Position numbers and translations under genes: made by a program
Shown here: positions 9,634 through 19,689 of the stretch, one piece after another
How positions within the stretch are numbered: position 1 is the first letter of the stretch
How the letters are laid out: the number at the start of each line of letters is the position of its first letter
Assembly (NCBI RefSeq): GCF_031430775.1
Contig: NZ_JANPCD010000170.1
Coordinates: 6,003-70,002, forward strand
Length of the DNA stretch: 64,000 bases
Source: Sandarakinorhabdus sp.
GTDB taxonomy: Bacteria > Pseudomonadota > Alphaproteobacteria > Sphingomonadales > Sphingomonadaceae
Direction: 5' to 3'
The notes under the pieces: model-generated
Seen by the model: the letters and a program-made list of their open reading frames with translations, nothing else
Told to the model about the DNA's origin: nothing
Database searches by the model: none

Positions 9634-10386
9634 TCAGACCTTCCAGCCGGAATGCACGGCCACTGCGCCGCCCAGAATCGGACGGTATTTGACGCGAGTA
9701 AAACCGGCAGCTTCGATCATCGCGGCAAATGCGGGCATGCGCGGAAAGCGCCGGATCGATTCGATCAGGTAACGGTAGGACTCGCCATCGCCGGCCACCA
9801 TCTGGCCAATGCGCGGCACCAGCTTTTCGGAATAGACGTCATACAACGAGGAAAAGCCCGCCCATTCGGTCGTGGAAAATTCGAGGCAGAAAAACCGCCC
9901 GCCAAATTTCAGCACGCGGTGCGCTTCGGCCAGGGCAGCGGGAATATCGGTGACGTTGCGGATGCCGAACGCGATCGTATAGGCGTCGAAATGCCGGTCC
10001 GGAAACGACAGCACTTCGGCATTTTCCTCGCGCCAGACAAGGCTGGTGAGGCCGCGCTCCGCCGCCCGGCCCATGCCGACTTCGAGCATGTGCGGGTTGA
10101 TGTCGGCGACAGTGACACTGGCGCCGGACCCGGCAATGCGAAATGCGATGTCGCCGGTGCCGCCGGCCATGTCGAGGATGTGCTCGCCGGCGCGCGGGCG
10201 CAATTGGGCGACGAAGTCGTCCTTCCAGACCCGGTGCATGCCTGCCGACATCAGGTCGTTCATGATGTCATAGCGCCGCGCCACCGAGGCAAAGACATCG
10301 CCGACGCGCCGGGTCTTTTCCTCCGGCGCCACGTCTTCATAGCCGAAGCTGACGGTTTTCTGGGTCACGGCGGCGTCCTTGCTCAT
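9634..10386 (-). CDS. ubiE: demethylmenaquinone / 2-methoxy-6-polyprenyl-1,4-benzoquinol methyltransferase UbiE
   Basis: Start [19 protein letters not shown] (ATG 10386); SAM motif [13 protein letters not shown]; FGIRNVTD motif. Confidence 0.95.
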   Translation of the reverse strand: MSKDAAVTQKTVSFGYEDVAPEEKTRRVGDVFASVARRYDIMNDLMSAGMHRVWKDDFVAQLRPRAGEHILDMAGGTGDIAFRIAGSGASVTVADINPHMLEVGMGRAAERGLTSLVWREENAEVLSFPDRHFDAYTIAFGIRNVTDIPAALAEAHRVLKFGGRFFCLEFSTTEWAGFSSLYDVYSEKLVPRIGQMVAGDGESYRYLIESIRRFPRMPAFAAMIEAAGFTRVKYRPILGGAVAVHSGWKV

Positions 10387-10471
10387 GGCCGATGCCCCTA
10401 GCCGAGGCTTGGCGCCGGCGCAAACGCGCCCTATGTCGCGCGTCACGCCGCAATCGCCGGTTGGAGTCGCC

Positions 10472-11296
10472 ATGCCGGAACTGCCCGAAGTCGAAACCGT
10501 CATGCGCGGGCTGGAGCCGGTCTGGCTCGGGCAGCGGCTGGACGGCGTGATCCTGCATCGCCCCAACCTGCGCCGGCCCTTCCCGCAAGACCTGGGCCAG
10601 CGGCTGACCGGCGCTGTTATCATGCGCCTGCATCGCCGTGCCAAATACGGCCTGATGGACACCGACCGCGGCGACACGTTGATCATTCACCTGGGAATGT
10701 CGGGCCGGATGCGCGTCGATCCGGATACCATCGGCAAGCACGACCATGTCGTTTTCACCACTGGCAATGGCCGCACGGTTGCCTTCAACGATGCCCGGCG
10801 GTTTGGCAGTCTCGACCTTGTGTCCAGCGCCGACCTGGCGGCGCATCCACTGATTGCCGGCATCGGTCCCGAACCGCTTGGCCCCGAATTCGGCCTCGGC
10901 TTGCTGGAGCGTGCCTTTTCGGGCCGCATGGCGCCAGCCAAGGCGCTGCTGCTCGACCAGCGGCTGGTGGCCGGGCTGGGCAATATCTATGTGTGCGAAT
11001 CCCTGTTTCGTGCCGGCATTCATCCCGCAACGCCCGGCAGCCATGTCCCCCGCCCCCGGTTGAAGGCACTGGCCGCCGTGATTCCCGCTGTGCTGGCTGA
11101 GGCCATTGCTGCCGGCGGGTCGTCCCTGCGAGATCATGCGGCGCCCGATGGCACTTTGGGTTATTTCCAGACCGGCTTTCATGTGTATGGCCGTGAAGGC
11201 GCGCCTTGCACCGCGTGCGGCACGCCTGTGGCCCGCATCGTCCAGTCAGCCAGATCAAGCTTCTTCTGCCCGTCCTGCCAGCGTGGCCGAGGGTAA
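10472..11296 (+). CDS. mutM: formamidopyrimidine-DNA glycosylase
   Basis: Canonical [11 protein letters not shown]-terminus (ATG 10472); C-terminal zinc finger CTACGTPV...FFCPSCQ. Confidence 0.95.
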   Translation: MPELPEVETVMRGLEPVWLGQRLDGVILHRPNLRRPFPQDLGQRLTGAVIMRLHRRAKYGLMDTDRGDTLIIHLGMSGRMRVDPDTIGKHDHVVFTTGNGRTVAFNDARRFGSLDLVSSADLAAHPLIAGIGPEPLGPEFGLGLLERAFSGRMAPAKALLLDQRLVAGLGNIYVCESLFRAGIHPATPGSHVPRPRLKALAAVIPAVLAEAIAAGGSSLRDHAAPDGTLGYFQTGFHVYGREGAPCTACGTPVARIVQSARSSFFCPSCQRGRG

Positions 11297-11463
11297 GGGC
11301 TTGACCCGGACCGCGCACTCACTTATGCGGCTGCGCTCTTGGTGCGAGGGGTTTCCTGGCGCCAGACCGGCCTTGTGCCGGCATCAGCGCCGGCACCTGC
11401 ACGGGTGACAGCACTGCCGCCGCGCCGGTTCATGCAATAGTTTTTACACCATCAAGGACGACC

Positions 11464-11733
11464 ATGGCCAACACGCCCCAGGCTGAAAAGCGCATTCGCC
11501 GCAATGCCCGCCGCGCCCTCACCAACAAGGCGCGCGTCAGCCGCATCCGTACCTTTGTGAAGAAGGTCGAATCAACGCTCGCCGGCGGCGATCCCGCTGC
11601 TGCTGCGGCTGCCCTGGTGGCTGCCCAGCCGGAAATGATGCGCGGTGTCTCCAAGGGCGTTCTCCACAAGAACACCGTTGCCCGCAAGATCAGCCGGCTG
11701 TCCAAGCGCGTGAAGGCCCTGGCCACCGCCTGA
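11464..11733 (+). CDS. rpsT: 30S ribosomal protein S20
   Basis: 89 aa [34 protein letters not shown]. Confidence 0.95.
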   Translation: MANTPQAEKRIRRNARRALTNKARVSRIRTFVKKVESTLAGGDPAAAAAALVAAQPEMMRGVSKGVLHKNTVARKISRLSKRVKALATA

Positions 11734-12018
11734 GTGTTTCGGCACGGCGCAAATGCGCCGCGCCCCTGCCTGCGCAATGCCTGTCGCCGTCTGTCCCATA
11801 TCCGGGGCGGGCGGCGATTTTCGTTTGGCTTTCTTGTCCCGGTCTGGCCGATTCGTTGCCGTGATTCGCGGAAGCCATTTGCCGATTCGCCGGGCCTGAA
11901 CCGTTGCCGGAAGGACAAAGGCGGAACATTGTGTCAGGTGCCAGACGGCTACCATGAAAAGCGAAATCGCAAGCCCGGGCACTTCTGTTTTCATGACAGG
12001 CACGCCGCGAATCGGCTC

Positions 12019-12027
12019 TGTGGATAA
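12019..12027 (-). promoter_or_regulatory. perfect DnaA box (TTATCCACA on - strand)
   Basis: TGTGGATAA read on + strand, about 500 nt upstream of dnaA in a lower-GC stretch. Confidence 0.55.
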
Positions 12028-12523
12028 TTGCAGTAGATTCAATGGATTGCGAATCTCTCGCCGGGGGCCTGTCATCAACGTGTCATGAATTTGTCACGTA
12101 AAATCAGACCCTTGCAGGTCTCTCCAAGGGTGGTCCCCGGCTTGGCCTGTCAATCGCTTTATTTGCGGCGCTGACAAATTCTGTTGCTTGCTTGACGACC
12201 GTCCGCTTGCTTATCTGTGCCTCGGTTCGAGGCCGCTGACGGACATTCCGTCTGGCGACATCAATCGGAAATTTTATGAGGCAAGGCAGGAAGCTCGCGT
12301 TTTCTGCATGCGGTGTAGCGTGCCCTGTGTCTTGCGCTTGGTTGCCCTGTTTTGGTGCGCCCAAGGGTAATCCGGACATCTTCACCTCCATGGGTTGCGC
12401 CCGGTCCGGTTGCGGACAGCGTGCGGACTGTGCGGCTGCATGTCTGTTTTGCTTGGGTTTCGGTGGCTGATCCGCGCTGTGGGTTGGGGGTAATGGTCAT
12501 AACGGCCAGGAGGTTGGGGTCAC

Positions 12524-14017
12524 GTGTCGGCATTGGTTGCATCATCTGTCGTGTCTGCATCCTCTGTGGCCGTTGACTCTCTTTCCGGACCTGGCTTGCG
12601 CATCCCTTCGCGTGGTCCCCAGTCTGGACCCCAGCCTGGCCAGGCTGCGCGTCCGATGGTGGCCGCAGATCTTCAGCCCCGGTTGGCCGCCGACGCTGAC
12701 AGCCTTGCATGGGGGCGCGTGCGCGCTGCCCTGCGTGCCGAAACCGGCGATTCGCTTTTTGACACCTGGCTTGCCCCGCTCGCCTTGATCGGCTGCGAAG
12801 GCGAAACCGTTCGTCTTGCCGCGCCATCGGCCTTTCTCGCCGATTGGGTCGGCGGCCAATACACCGACAAGTTGCGCCAGCATTGGGCGGCCCAGCGCCC
12901 CGGCAGCCGGCGTATCGCCCTGGTCGTGCAAGCTGTTCCGTCGGCGCCGACATCGCAGCACGCCGTGCAGCCGGCGCTCGAAACCAGCGGGCCGTTGCCC
13001 GTCGAGGCGCGCTACAGCTTTGACAGCTTCATTGTCGGCAAGTCCAACGAACTGGCCTATAATGCCGCCATGACAGTGGCCGAGGCTGGGCCTGTCGGGT
13101 TCAACCCGCTGTTCCTCCATGGCCCGACGGGGCTGGGCAAGACCCACCTGATGCACGCCATCGGCAATGCCGTGATGGCCCGGCAGCCCGATGCCCGCGT
13201 CGCCTATATGTCGGCGGAAAAATTTATGGTCGAGTTTTTGGCCGCCATGCGCGCCAAGGACACGATCAGCTTCAAGCAGCGGCTGCGTTCGGTGGACCTG
13301 CTCATGATCGACGATGTGCAGTTCATCGCCGGCAAGGAATCGACGCAGGAAGAATTCTTCCACACGATGAACGAAATCATCGGCGCCGGAAAACGTCTGG
13401 TCATCACCGCCGATCGCAGCCCGCAGAACCTCGAAGGCATTCAGGACCGCATCCTGTCGCGCATGGCCTGGGGCCTGGTCGCCGACATCAACCCGGCCGA
13501 CTATGAATTGCGGCTCAATATCCTGCATGCCAAGTTGGCCGGCATGGCCCAGCGCGTGGTCGTGCCCGATGAAGTCATCGAGTTTCTGGCACGCAAGATC
13601 ACGGCCAATGTCCGCGAACTCGAAGGCGCGCTGAACCGTGTCGTCGCCTATGCGGCGCTTGTCGGCCAGGCCGTCACCCTGGAATTCACTCGCGAGACGC
13701 TGGCCGATCTGCTGCGCGCCCATGAGAAAAAGCTGACCATCGACGAAATCCAGCGCAAGGTCGCCGAACACTATGGTCTGAAGATGCAGGATTTCTTGTC
13801 GGCCCGCCGTGCCCGCGAAGTTGCGCGGCCGCGCCAGCTTGCCATGTACCTGGCGAAAAAGCTCACGCCGCGCTCGCTCCCCGAAATCGGTCGGCGGTTC
13901 GGTGGCCGTGACCACACCACGGTTATGCACGCGGTCAAGCGCATCGAAGAACTGCGCGCCACCGACCGCGAGATCGACGCCGATGTGGTGCTGCTGACGC
14001 GGCTGCTCGACGCCTGA
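12524..14017 (+). CDS. dnaA: chromosomal replication initiator protein DnaA
   Basis: Walker [11 protein letters not shown], the [11 protein letters not shown] box and C-terminal DNA-binding segment [16 protein letters not shown] 12524 lies 10 nt after AGGAGG; ATG 12656 is an alternative start. Confidence 0.95.
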   Translation: MSALVASSVVSASSVAVDSLSGPGLRIPSRGPQSGPQPGQAARPMVAADLQPRLAADADSLAWGRVRAALRAETGDSLFDTWLAPLALIGCEGETVRLAAPSAFLADWVGGQYTDKLRQHWAAQRPGSRRIALVVQAVPSAPTSQHAVQPALETSGPLPVEARYSFDSFIVGKSNELAYNAAMTVAEAGPVGFNPLFLHGPTGLGKTHLMHAIGNAVMARQPDARVAYMSAEKFMVEFLAAMRAKDTISFKQRLRSVDLLMIDDVQFIAGKESTQEEFFHTMNEIIGAGKRLVITADRSPQNLEGIQDRILSRMAWGLVADINPADYELRLNILHAKLAGMAQRVVVPDEVIEFLARKITANVRELEGALNRVVAYAALVGQAVTLEFTRETLADLLRAHEKKLTIDEIQRKVAEHYGLKMQDFLSARRAREVARPRQLAMYLAKKLTPRSLPEIGRRFGGRDHTTVMHAVKRIEELRATDREIDADVVLLTRLLDA

Positions 14018-14025
14018 GCGCACGG

Positions 14026-14223
14026 ATGCGCACAGTTTATGCTGGCGCCGGCGTGCGCCTCTATCACCTCGATGACACTGATCCCGTCGCGCAGACGCTG
14101 TTCTACGGTCCGCTCGATGCCGCGCTGGACGTTGCCCGCCAGCAGCCCGAGGACATACAGGCCGGGCTGTGGCTCGCGACGGAAAATGACGTCGTGTCCT
14201 TTCTTGACATTGAGCAGGGCTGA
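14026..14223 (+). CDS. hypothetical small protein downstream of dnaA
   Basis: 65-aa ORF with high third-position GC and non-repetitive composition; no recognisable motif. Confidence 0.35.
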   Translation: MRTVYAGAGVRLYHLDDTDPVAQTLFYGPLDAALDVARQQPEDIQAGLWLATENDVVSFLDIEQG

Positions 14224-14263
14224 AACCCTTCCCACATTCATCCCGGGCCGCTAACCCGGCCCG

Positions 14264-15154
14264 GTGAACGGTTTCCTTCAGCGCGGCGCATTCTGGATGG
14301 TGGTGTCCTGCGCTGCCTTTGCGTCGATGTGGGTGATGATCCGCTATGCCTCGGCCAGCCTGCATGCCTTCGAGATCGTGTTCTTTCGCAATTTCATCGG
14401 GCTTGTCTGCCTGTTGCCGCTGCTGGCGCGCAATCCCGGCTTGATCCGGCTGGAAAACTGGCGCCTGCACCTGCGGCGCGCGACGTCGGGCTTCATCGCC
14501 ACCATGGGCACATTCTATGCCGTAGCCAATGCGCCCCTGGCGACGGCGCTATCGATCAATTACACGGCGCCGCTGTTCGCAACCGTGGGTGCCGTGCTGT
14601 TCCTGGGCGAACGCATCCGCTTCCGGCGTGTGCTGGCGCTGGCGTTTGGCTTCCTGGGCATGCTGATCGTCGTGCGCCCTGGCCAGCTGCCGATGACGCC
14701 GGGTGTGGTTGCTGCGGTCATCTCGGCTGTCTCCACGGCCTTTTCGGTGATTGCGATCCGCCAGCTTGTCGCCAGCGACGACAGCCGCGCCGTAGCGGCC
14801 TGGACCTTCATCCTCACGGTCATACCCAGCCTGATCGTAGCGATGTTTGTCTGGTCCTGGCCGGCACGGGACACCTGGCCGCTGCTGGCCGGAATCGGCG
14901 CCATGGCCGCCATAGGTCAGCTCAGCCTAAGCCGCGCCTTTTCGCTGTCCGAGGCGTCGGCGATCCTGCCTTATGATTTTGTGCGATTTGGCCTGGTCAC
15001 ACTGGCGGGCGTCGCGTTGTTCGGGGAGCGCTATGACGCGCTGACGCTGACGGGCGGCGCCATCATCCTGGCCAGCACCATCTATCTTGCCCTGCGCGAG
15101 GCCAAGGTCGCCCGCGATGCGCGCGCTGCCAGCCTGCCCGAAAGCCCCAACTGA
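14264..15154 (+). CDS. DMT-superfamily (EamA-like) transporter
   Basis: 296 aa, about 10 predicted TM helices in two EamA-like halves; GTG start. Confidence 0.85.
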   Translation: MNGFLQRGAFWMVVSCAAFASMWVMIRYASASLHAFEIVFFRNFIGLVCLLPLLARNPGLIRLENWRLHLRRATSGFIATMGTFYAVANAPLATALSINYTAPLFATVGAVLFLGERIRFRRVLALAFGFLGMLIVVRPGQLPMTPGVVAAVISAVSTAFSVIAIRQLVASDDSRAVAAWTFILTVIPSLIVAMFVWSWPARDTWPLLAGIGAMAAIGQLSLSRAFSLSEASAILPYDFVRFGLVTLAGVALFGERYDALTLTGGAIILASTIYLALREAKVARDARAASLPESPN

Positions 15155-15255
15155 CAAATGCAGGGGGCGGGGGCAGGGGGCTGGCGGAAATGGCCGGTTG
15201 CGCGCCGGCCCGCGCCTTCGCATAACCGCGATGCAATCTTTTGGGGAGACGCGAG

Positions 15256-16035
15256 ATGAAACTGGATGGTGTGTCGGCCGTGGTGACCGGCGGTGCTTCG
15301 GGCCTTGGTGCGGCGACGGCGCGTGCGCTTGCAGCGCATGGCGTTAAAGTGGCGATCTTCGACATGAACGCCGAAAAGGGCGAAGCCGTTGCAGCCGAGC
15401 TTGGCGGCGTGTTCTGCCACGTCAATGTCACGTCCGAGGACTCCGTTGATGCCGGCTTTGCCAAGGCCCGCGCGGCCATCGGCCAGGAACGCATCCTGAT
15501 CAACTGCGCCGGCACCGGCAATGCCATCAAGACCGCCAGCCGCTCCAAGGAGGATGGCAGCATCAAGCATTTCCCGCTCGATGCCTTCAACATGATCATC
15601 CAGATCAACCTGGTCGGCACGTTCCGCTGCATCGCCAAATCGGCCGCCGGCATGATGGCCCTGCCGCCGATGGAAGACGGGGAGCGCGGCGTGATCGTCA
15701 ACACCGCCAGCGTGGCAGCCGAGGATGGCCAGATCGGCCAGGCGTCCTATTCCGCGTCCAAGGGCGGCGTTGTCGGCATGACCCTGCCGATCGCGCGCGA
15801 TCTGGCTTCTGAATCGATCCGGGTGAACACCATCCTGCCCGGCATCTTTAACACGCCGTTGCTTCAGGGTGCACCGCAGAACGTCAAGGATGCGCTTGCC
15901 GCGTCGGTGCCCAACCCCAAGCGCCTGGGCGCGCCGGAGGAATATGCCTCGCTGGCAGTGGAAATGTGCCCCAATGGCTTTTTCAACGGCGAGGACGTGC
16001 GGCTCGAGGGCGCCATCCGGATGGCGCCGCGCTGA
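15256..16035 (+). CDS. SDR-family oxidoreductase (3-hydroxyacyl-CoA dehydrogenase type-2-like)
   Basis: MKLDGVSAVVTGGASGLG cofactor motif; catalytic YSASKGG; start at ATG 15256. Confidence 0.9.
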   Translation: MKLDGVSAVVTGGASGLGAATARALAAHGVKVAIFDMNAEKGEAVAAELGGVFCHVNVTSEDSVDAGFAKARAAIGQERILINCAGTGNAIKTASRSKEDGSIKHFPLDAFNMIIQINLVGTFRCIAKSAAGMMALPPMEDGERGVIVNTASVAAEDGQIGQASYSASKGGVVGMTLPIARDLASESIRVNTILPGIFNTPLLQGAPQNVKDALAASVPNPKRLGAPEEYASLAVEMCPNGFFNGEDVRLEGAIRMAPR

Positions 16036-16102
16036 GTTTTGCGCCGATTGACTCGCGCTTTGGGCGCAATAGGATGGCAACTGCAACCAAAGGGAGGACG
16101 CA

Positions 16103-16279
16103 ATGGGTCACAAGTTTGAAGTCTACAAGGACAAGGCTGGCGAATATCGCGTGCGCTTCATGTACAACAGCGAAGTGATGTTCTCGACCCAGGGCTATGC
16201 TTCCAAGTCGTCAGCCATCAGTGCCATCGAATCCATCAAGAAGAACGGTCCTGACGCACCGACCGAAGAAGCCGAATGA
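16103..16279 (+). CDS. YegP/DUF1508-family small protein
   Basis: 58 aa (below the ORF-track cut-off): MGHKFEVYKDKAGEYRVRFMYNSEVMFSTQGYASKSSAISAIESIKKNG. AGGGAGGA SD lies 5 nt upstream. Confidence 0.75.
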   Translation: MGHKFEVYKDKAGEYRVRFMYNSEVMFSTQGYASKSSAISAIESIKKNGPDAPTEEAE

Positions 16280-16284
16280 CATGA

Positions 16285-16313
16285 AACCGGGGCGGCCCAG
16301 TGCCGCCCCGGTT
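16285..16313. terminator. hairpin between convergent yegP-like and phhB genes
   Basis: AACCGGGGCGGC-CCAGT-GCCGCCCCGGTT, perfect 12-bp stem. Confidence 0.55.
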
Positions 16314-16315
16314 AT

Positions 16316-16597
16316 TCAAATCAGCGCGTCAATGGCAGTCGCCAGCTTGACGTCCCGCGCCGAAAGCCCGCCCGCGTCATGGGTGGTGAGCGCGATCTCC
16401 ACCTTGTTATAGACATTTGACCATTCCGGATGATGGTCTGCGGCCTCTGCCAGCAGCGCCACCCGGGTCATGAAGCCAAAGGCTTCGACAAATGTCTCGA
16501 AACGAAAACTGCGCTTGAGATGCTCGCCATCGACATGCCAGAGCGGCAATTGCGCGCCCAGCGCAGCCCGGGCATCGGCTTTGAGTTTCTCGACCAT
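16316..16597 (-). CDS. phhB: 4a-hydroxytetrahydrobiopterin (pterin-4-alpha-carbinolamine) dehydratase
   Basis: 93 aa from [10 protein letters not shown]; family motif [27 protein letters not shown]. Confidence 0.9.
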   Translation of the reverse strand: MVEKLKADARAALGAQLPLWHVDGEHLKRSFRFETFVEAFGFMTRVALLAEAADHHPEWSNVYNKVEIALTTHDAGGLSARDVKLATAIDALI

Positions 16598-16624
16598 ATC
16601 GTGTCCCTTCGCTACTATGCGGCA

Positions 16625-17014
16625 ATGAAAACCCATGCGCCCAGCCTGCACCATATCGAGACCCTGGCCCGGACGGCCATGGCCAATCTGCCGGACCTGT
16701 TCCGCCAGCATCTCGCCCATGTCGTCCTCAAAGTCGAGGATTTCCCGGATGAGACGGTCATTGCCGAGATGGGGCTGGAGAGCGAGTGGGACATTCTCGG
16801 GCTTTATTGGGGCCGGCATGTCGGCATGAAGGGCGATGTGCCGACCGGCGCGCTGCCCGACATGATCTTTCTGTACCGCCAGCCCCTGCTGGCCGCCTGG
16901 TGTGAAGGCGAGGACAGCCTTGAGGCGCTGGTCACCCATGTTCTGGTGCATGAGGTGGGGCATCATTTCGGGCTGAGTGATGAGGCGATGGATCGTATCG
17001 CCGCGAGTGGCTAG
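16625..17014 (+). CDS. small zinc metallopeptidase-family protein (DUF1025-like)
   Basis: 129 aa from MKTHAPSL; C-terminal HEVGHHFG zinc motif. Confidence 0.75.
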   Translation: MKTHAPSLHHIETLARTAMANLPDLFRQHLAHVVLKVEDFPDETVIAEMGLESEWDILGLYWGRHVGMKGDVPTGALPDMIFLYRQPLLAAWCEGEDSLEALVTHVLVHEVGHHFGLSDEAMDRIAASG

Positions 17015-17086
17015 CGCGCAGCGCTGGGCGCCGGCAGGCGAAAGATCGGCCGGCGGCGGCGGCGCAGGCCCGCGGTCGGACGAGTC

Positions 17087-17120
17087 AAAAAAGGGGCGGC
17101 CTGATGGCCGCCCCTTTTTC
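17087..17120. terminator. bidirectional intrinsic terminator
   Basis: AAAAAAGGGGCGGC-CTGAT-GGCCGCCCCTTTTT: A-run, GC stem, T-run. Confidence 0.65.
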
Positions 17121-17134
17121 GCTCGCCGTCCGGT

Positions 17135-17186
17135 CTTGCCAGAGTCGGCAGATAACACAGTGCGTTATCTGCGCGCCCGGCTGCGA
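17135..17186 (-). repeat. 52-nt REP-like hairpin element, copy A (abuts the TonB-receptor stop codon)
   Basis: CTTGCCAGAGTCGGCAGATAACACAGTGCGTTATCTGCGCGCCCGGCTGCGA. Same length and flanks as the copy at 29304-29355. Stem GCAGATAAC/GTTATCTGC. Confidence 0.7.
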
Positions 17187-19538
17187 CTAGAAGTTCACCC
17201 GTGCCGTCACGCCGAAATACCGATCCGCTTCGCGCGGAATGATATAGCGCAGCGAACCACCAGGGCCGCCGTTGGTGATCTGGGCTGCGAAGCTCTTGTC
17301 GAACAGGTTGCGCACCACGAACTGCACGCGGAACTTGTCTTCCTGCTCCACCAGCCCAAGCTGGAGATCGAACAGCGAATAGGCGCCGATGGTGCCGGCA
17401 GCGCGGACAGCGGCACTGGCATCGAACAGCGACAACTGGCTCGACTGGGTGGAGGCCTGCAAGCCGAAGGTCACATCGACCACGCCGCCAGTGCGCCAGC
17501 GATAATCGGCGCCGATGGCACCCTTCCACTCTGGTGCAAATGCCAGCGGTGTGCCGGCCGGCACGATCGCGGCACCCGGGGGTGCACGGAACGCATCGAC
17601 GCGCGCCTTGGTCCAGGCAACGCCGCCGGTGATGTTGAAATCACGGAACGGCGTGAAGGCGAAGTCCGCTTCTACGCCGCGGGTCGAAACATCGCCGGCG
17701 TTGGTGAAGCGGGTGATGATGACACCGGCGACCAGATCGGGGTTGTTGGCCTGGAAGTTGCGATACTTGGCGTAGAAGCCCGCAAGGTTCAGCGTCAGCT
17801 TGCCATCGAGGAACGTGTTCTTCAGGCCGATTTCGAACGAATCCGAAAGTTCGGGTTCGATGACGTTGGTGCCATTGGCATTGAGGTTGAAGAAAATGTT
17901 GTAGGCCGGGCCCTTGTAGCCCCGGGTCCAGCTGCCATAGGCCATGATGTCATCGCTGAAATCGAACTGCAGGCCGGCCTTGCCCGACAGGTTGGTGGCA
18001 TCGGTGGCGGCGCGATAAGGCACGCCGTTGGTGGCCAGCGGGTCGCCGTTGATGTTCGCCGGTGTCGAGGTCAGGAACACGCCCTGGTCGAAGTTGCGAT
18101 TGACGCCGGGGATGCCGCCGACGTTCGGCGAGGCGACACGGCTGTGAAAGCCTGTCAGGTTATCGACGGTGTAACGCAGGCCGACGATGCCGCGCAGGCG
18201 GTCGGAGAAATTCAGCACGCCCTGTCCGAACAACGCGATGTTGTCGAACGTCGAGCCGAACGTGGCCGAGCCGCTGAACTGGCTGGTGGCCGGGGCGCCG
18301 GCGCTGCCGCAGGGCACAAGCGCCACCACGGCCGGCGCCGGATTGCAGGTAATGACGTTGCGGGTGAACGTGCGCTGAGACGGCGCATGGCTGTAGAAAA
18401 CGCCTGCGACATAGGTGAAGAACTGATCGGTCGGCGATGCGATGCGCAGTTCCTGCGTGAAGGTGGTGCCGGTCTGCGGACCATCATCATGCAGCTGCGG
18501 CACGCCGGCCACGGCCTGGCCGATCCAGTCGCCATCGCGGATTTCGCGGTTCTTGTAGCTGCGATAGGCCGTGATCGAAGTGACGCTGTGCGTGCCCAGT
18601 TCGACGTCGAGCTGCAATGACCCGCCCCAGCTGTCTTCCTCGGTGCGGGTCACCAGATTCTGGCGGATGGTGCGGGTGCCGTCACCCTTGAAGTTGATGC
18701 CGGCCAGCGCCAGCGCGCCAACGCCGGTCGGTTGCGTGCCGATCACTTCGGCGCAGCAATTGTCCTTGGCCTGGCGCCAATCGAGGATAACCGTGGCCTT
18801 CACGGTGTCGCTGATGTCTGCCTCGGTCACGGCGCGCACGCCCCAGCGGCGATAGCCGTTGACGCGGCGGTTCACGTTCGGCGCATCATTGAAGATGTTG
18901 CCGTTCCAGGTGCCGTAAAAGCCCGTGATGCGGGTGCGCACGGTGTCGCTGAGCGGCACATTCAGCGCGCCGCGCATGCGATATTCCTCGCCATTGCCGC
19001 CAAAGAACGCGCCTTCCAGATAGCCGCCCAGTTCATCGGTCGGGCGCTTGGAGACGATGCTGACCACACCGGCAGAGGCGTTCTTGCCGAACAGCGTGCC
19101 CTGCGGGCCGCGCAGCACTTCGATCCGCTCGATATCCACCAGGTCACTGAACGCTTCACCGGCGCGGCTGAGCACCACGCCGTCGAGAACGGTCGAAACC
19201 GACGGTTCGCCGGCAATCGAGAACGTCGCGGTGCCAACGCCGCGCAGATACAGCGACTGGTTGATCGTGGTGCCCGACTTGCGGAAGTTCAGGGTCGGGA
19301 CGAGATACTGCGCGCCTTCGATGTTCAGAGCACCCTGCCGAGCCAATTGGTCACCGCCGACGACCGACACGGCCAGCGGGATGTCCTGAAGCTTTTCCGA
19401 GCGCTTTTGCGCAGTGACGACGATTTCCGCCGGCTCCCCTTCATCGGCGGCCACTTCGGCAGGCGCATTCTGCGCCATGGCCGGCGTGATGGCAAAAAGC
19501 ACAAGGGCAGCGCTGCCCAGCAATGATGCGATCTTCAT
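17187..19538 (-). CDS. TonB-dependent outer-membrane receptor
   Basis: 783 aa; signal peptide; plug-domain motifs (IVVTAQKR, VLRGPQGTLFGKNA); C-terminal ...RYFGVTARVNF. Confidence 0.9.
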   Translation of the reverse strand: MKIASLLGSAALVLFAITPAMAQNAPAEVAADEGEPAEIVVTAQKRSEKLQDIPLAVSVVGGDQLARQGALNIEGAQYLVPTLNFRKSGTTINQSLYLRGVGTATFSIAGEPSVSTVLDGVVLSRAGEAFSDLVDIERIEVLRGPQGTLFGKNASAGVVSIVSKRPTDELGGYLEGAFFGGNGEEYRMRGALNVPLSDTVRTRITGFYGTWNGNIFNDAPNVNRRVNGYRRWGVRAVTEADISDTVKATVILDWRQAKDNCCAEVIGTQPTGVGALALAGINFKGDGTRTIRQNLVTRTEEDSWGGSLQLDVELGTHSVTSITAYRSYKNREIRDGDWIGQAVAGVPQLHDDGPQTGTTFTQELRIASPTDQFFTYVAGVFYSHAPSQRTFTRNVITCNPAPAVVALVPCGSAGAPATSQFSGSATFGSTFDNIALFGQGVLNFSDRLRGIVGLRYTVDNLTGFHSRVASPNVGGIPGVNRNFDQGVFLTSTPANINGDPLATNGVPYRAATDATNLSGKAGLQFDFSDDIMAYGSWTRGYKGPAYNIFFNLNANGTNVIEPELSDSFEIGLKNTFLDGKLTLNLAGFYAKYRNFQANNPDLVAGVIITRFTNAGDVSTRGVEADFAFTPFRDFNITGGVAWTKARVDAFRAPPGAAIVPAGTPLAFAPEWKGAIGADYRWRTGGVVDVTFGLQASTQSSQLSLFDASAAVRAAGTIGAYSLFDLQLGLVEQEDKFRVQFVVRNLFDKSFAAQITNGGPGGSLRYIIPREADRYFGVTARVNF

Positions 19539-19689
19539 GGTCTCTCCCCGATTTGGCGCTGCATTGCAGCCGCCCGCCGGCTGACCCCGGCATTTCCCGC
19601 ATTGCCATGCCGGGATTTGGCGTTTCGCGTCAATTGGCCGGACAGAGAAGCCGCGCCTGTGTTGCTATCGTGTCACAGTTTCAGTCGCG

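Noticed and set aside
11734-12523. Chromosomal origin (oriC) next to dnaA
   Set aside because: There is only one perfect DnaA box and no clustered boxes or clear AT-rich unwinding repeats. Alphaproteobacterial origins are usually not adjacent to dnaA. I interpret the box as dnaA autoregulation.
12542-14470. 642-aa minus-strand ORF overlapping dnaA
   Set aside because: It is antisense to dnaA, which is unambiguous. It is a high-GC artefact.
19539-19689. Riboswitch (cobalamin/TPP) in the 150-nt leader of the TonB-dependent receptor
   Set aside because: I could not find a B12-box, a TPP CUGAGA-type core or any multi-stem junction by eye.
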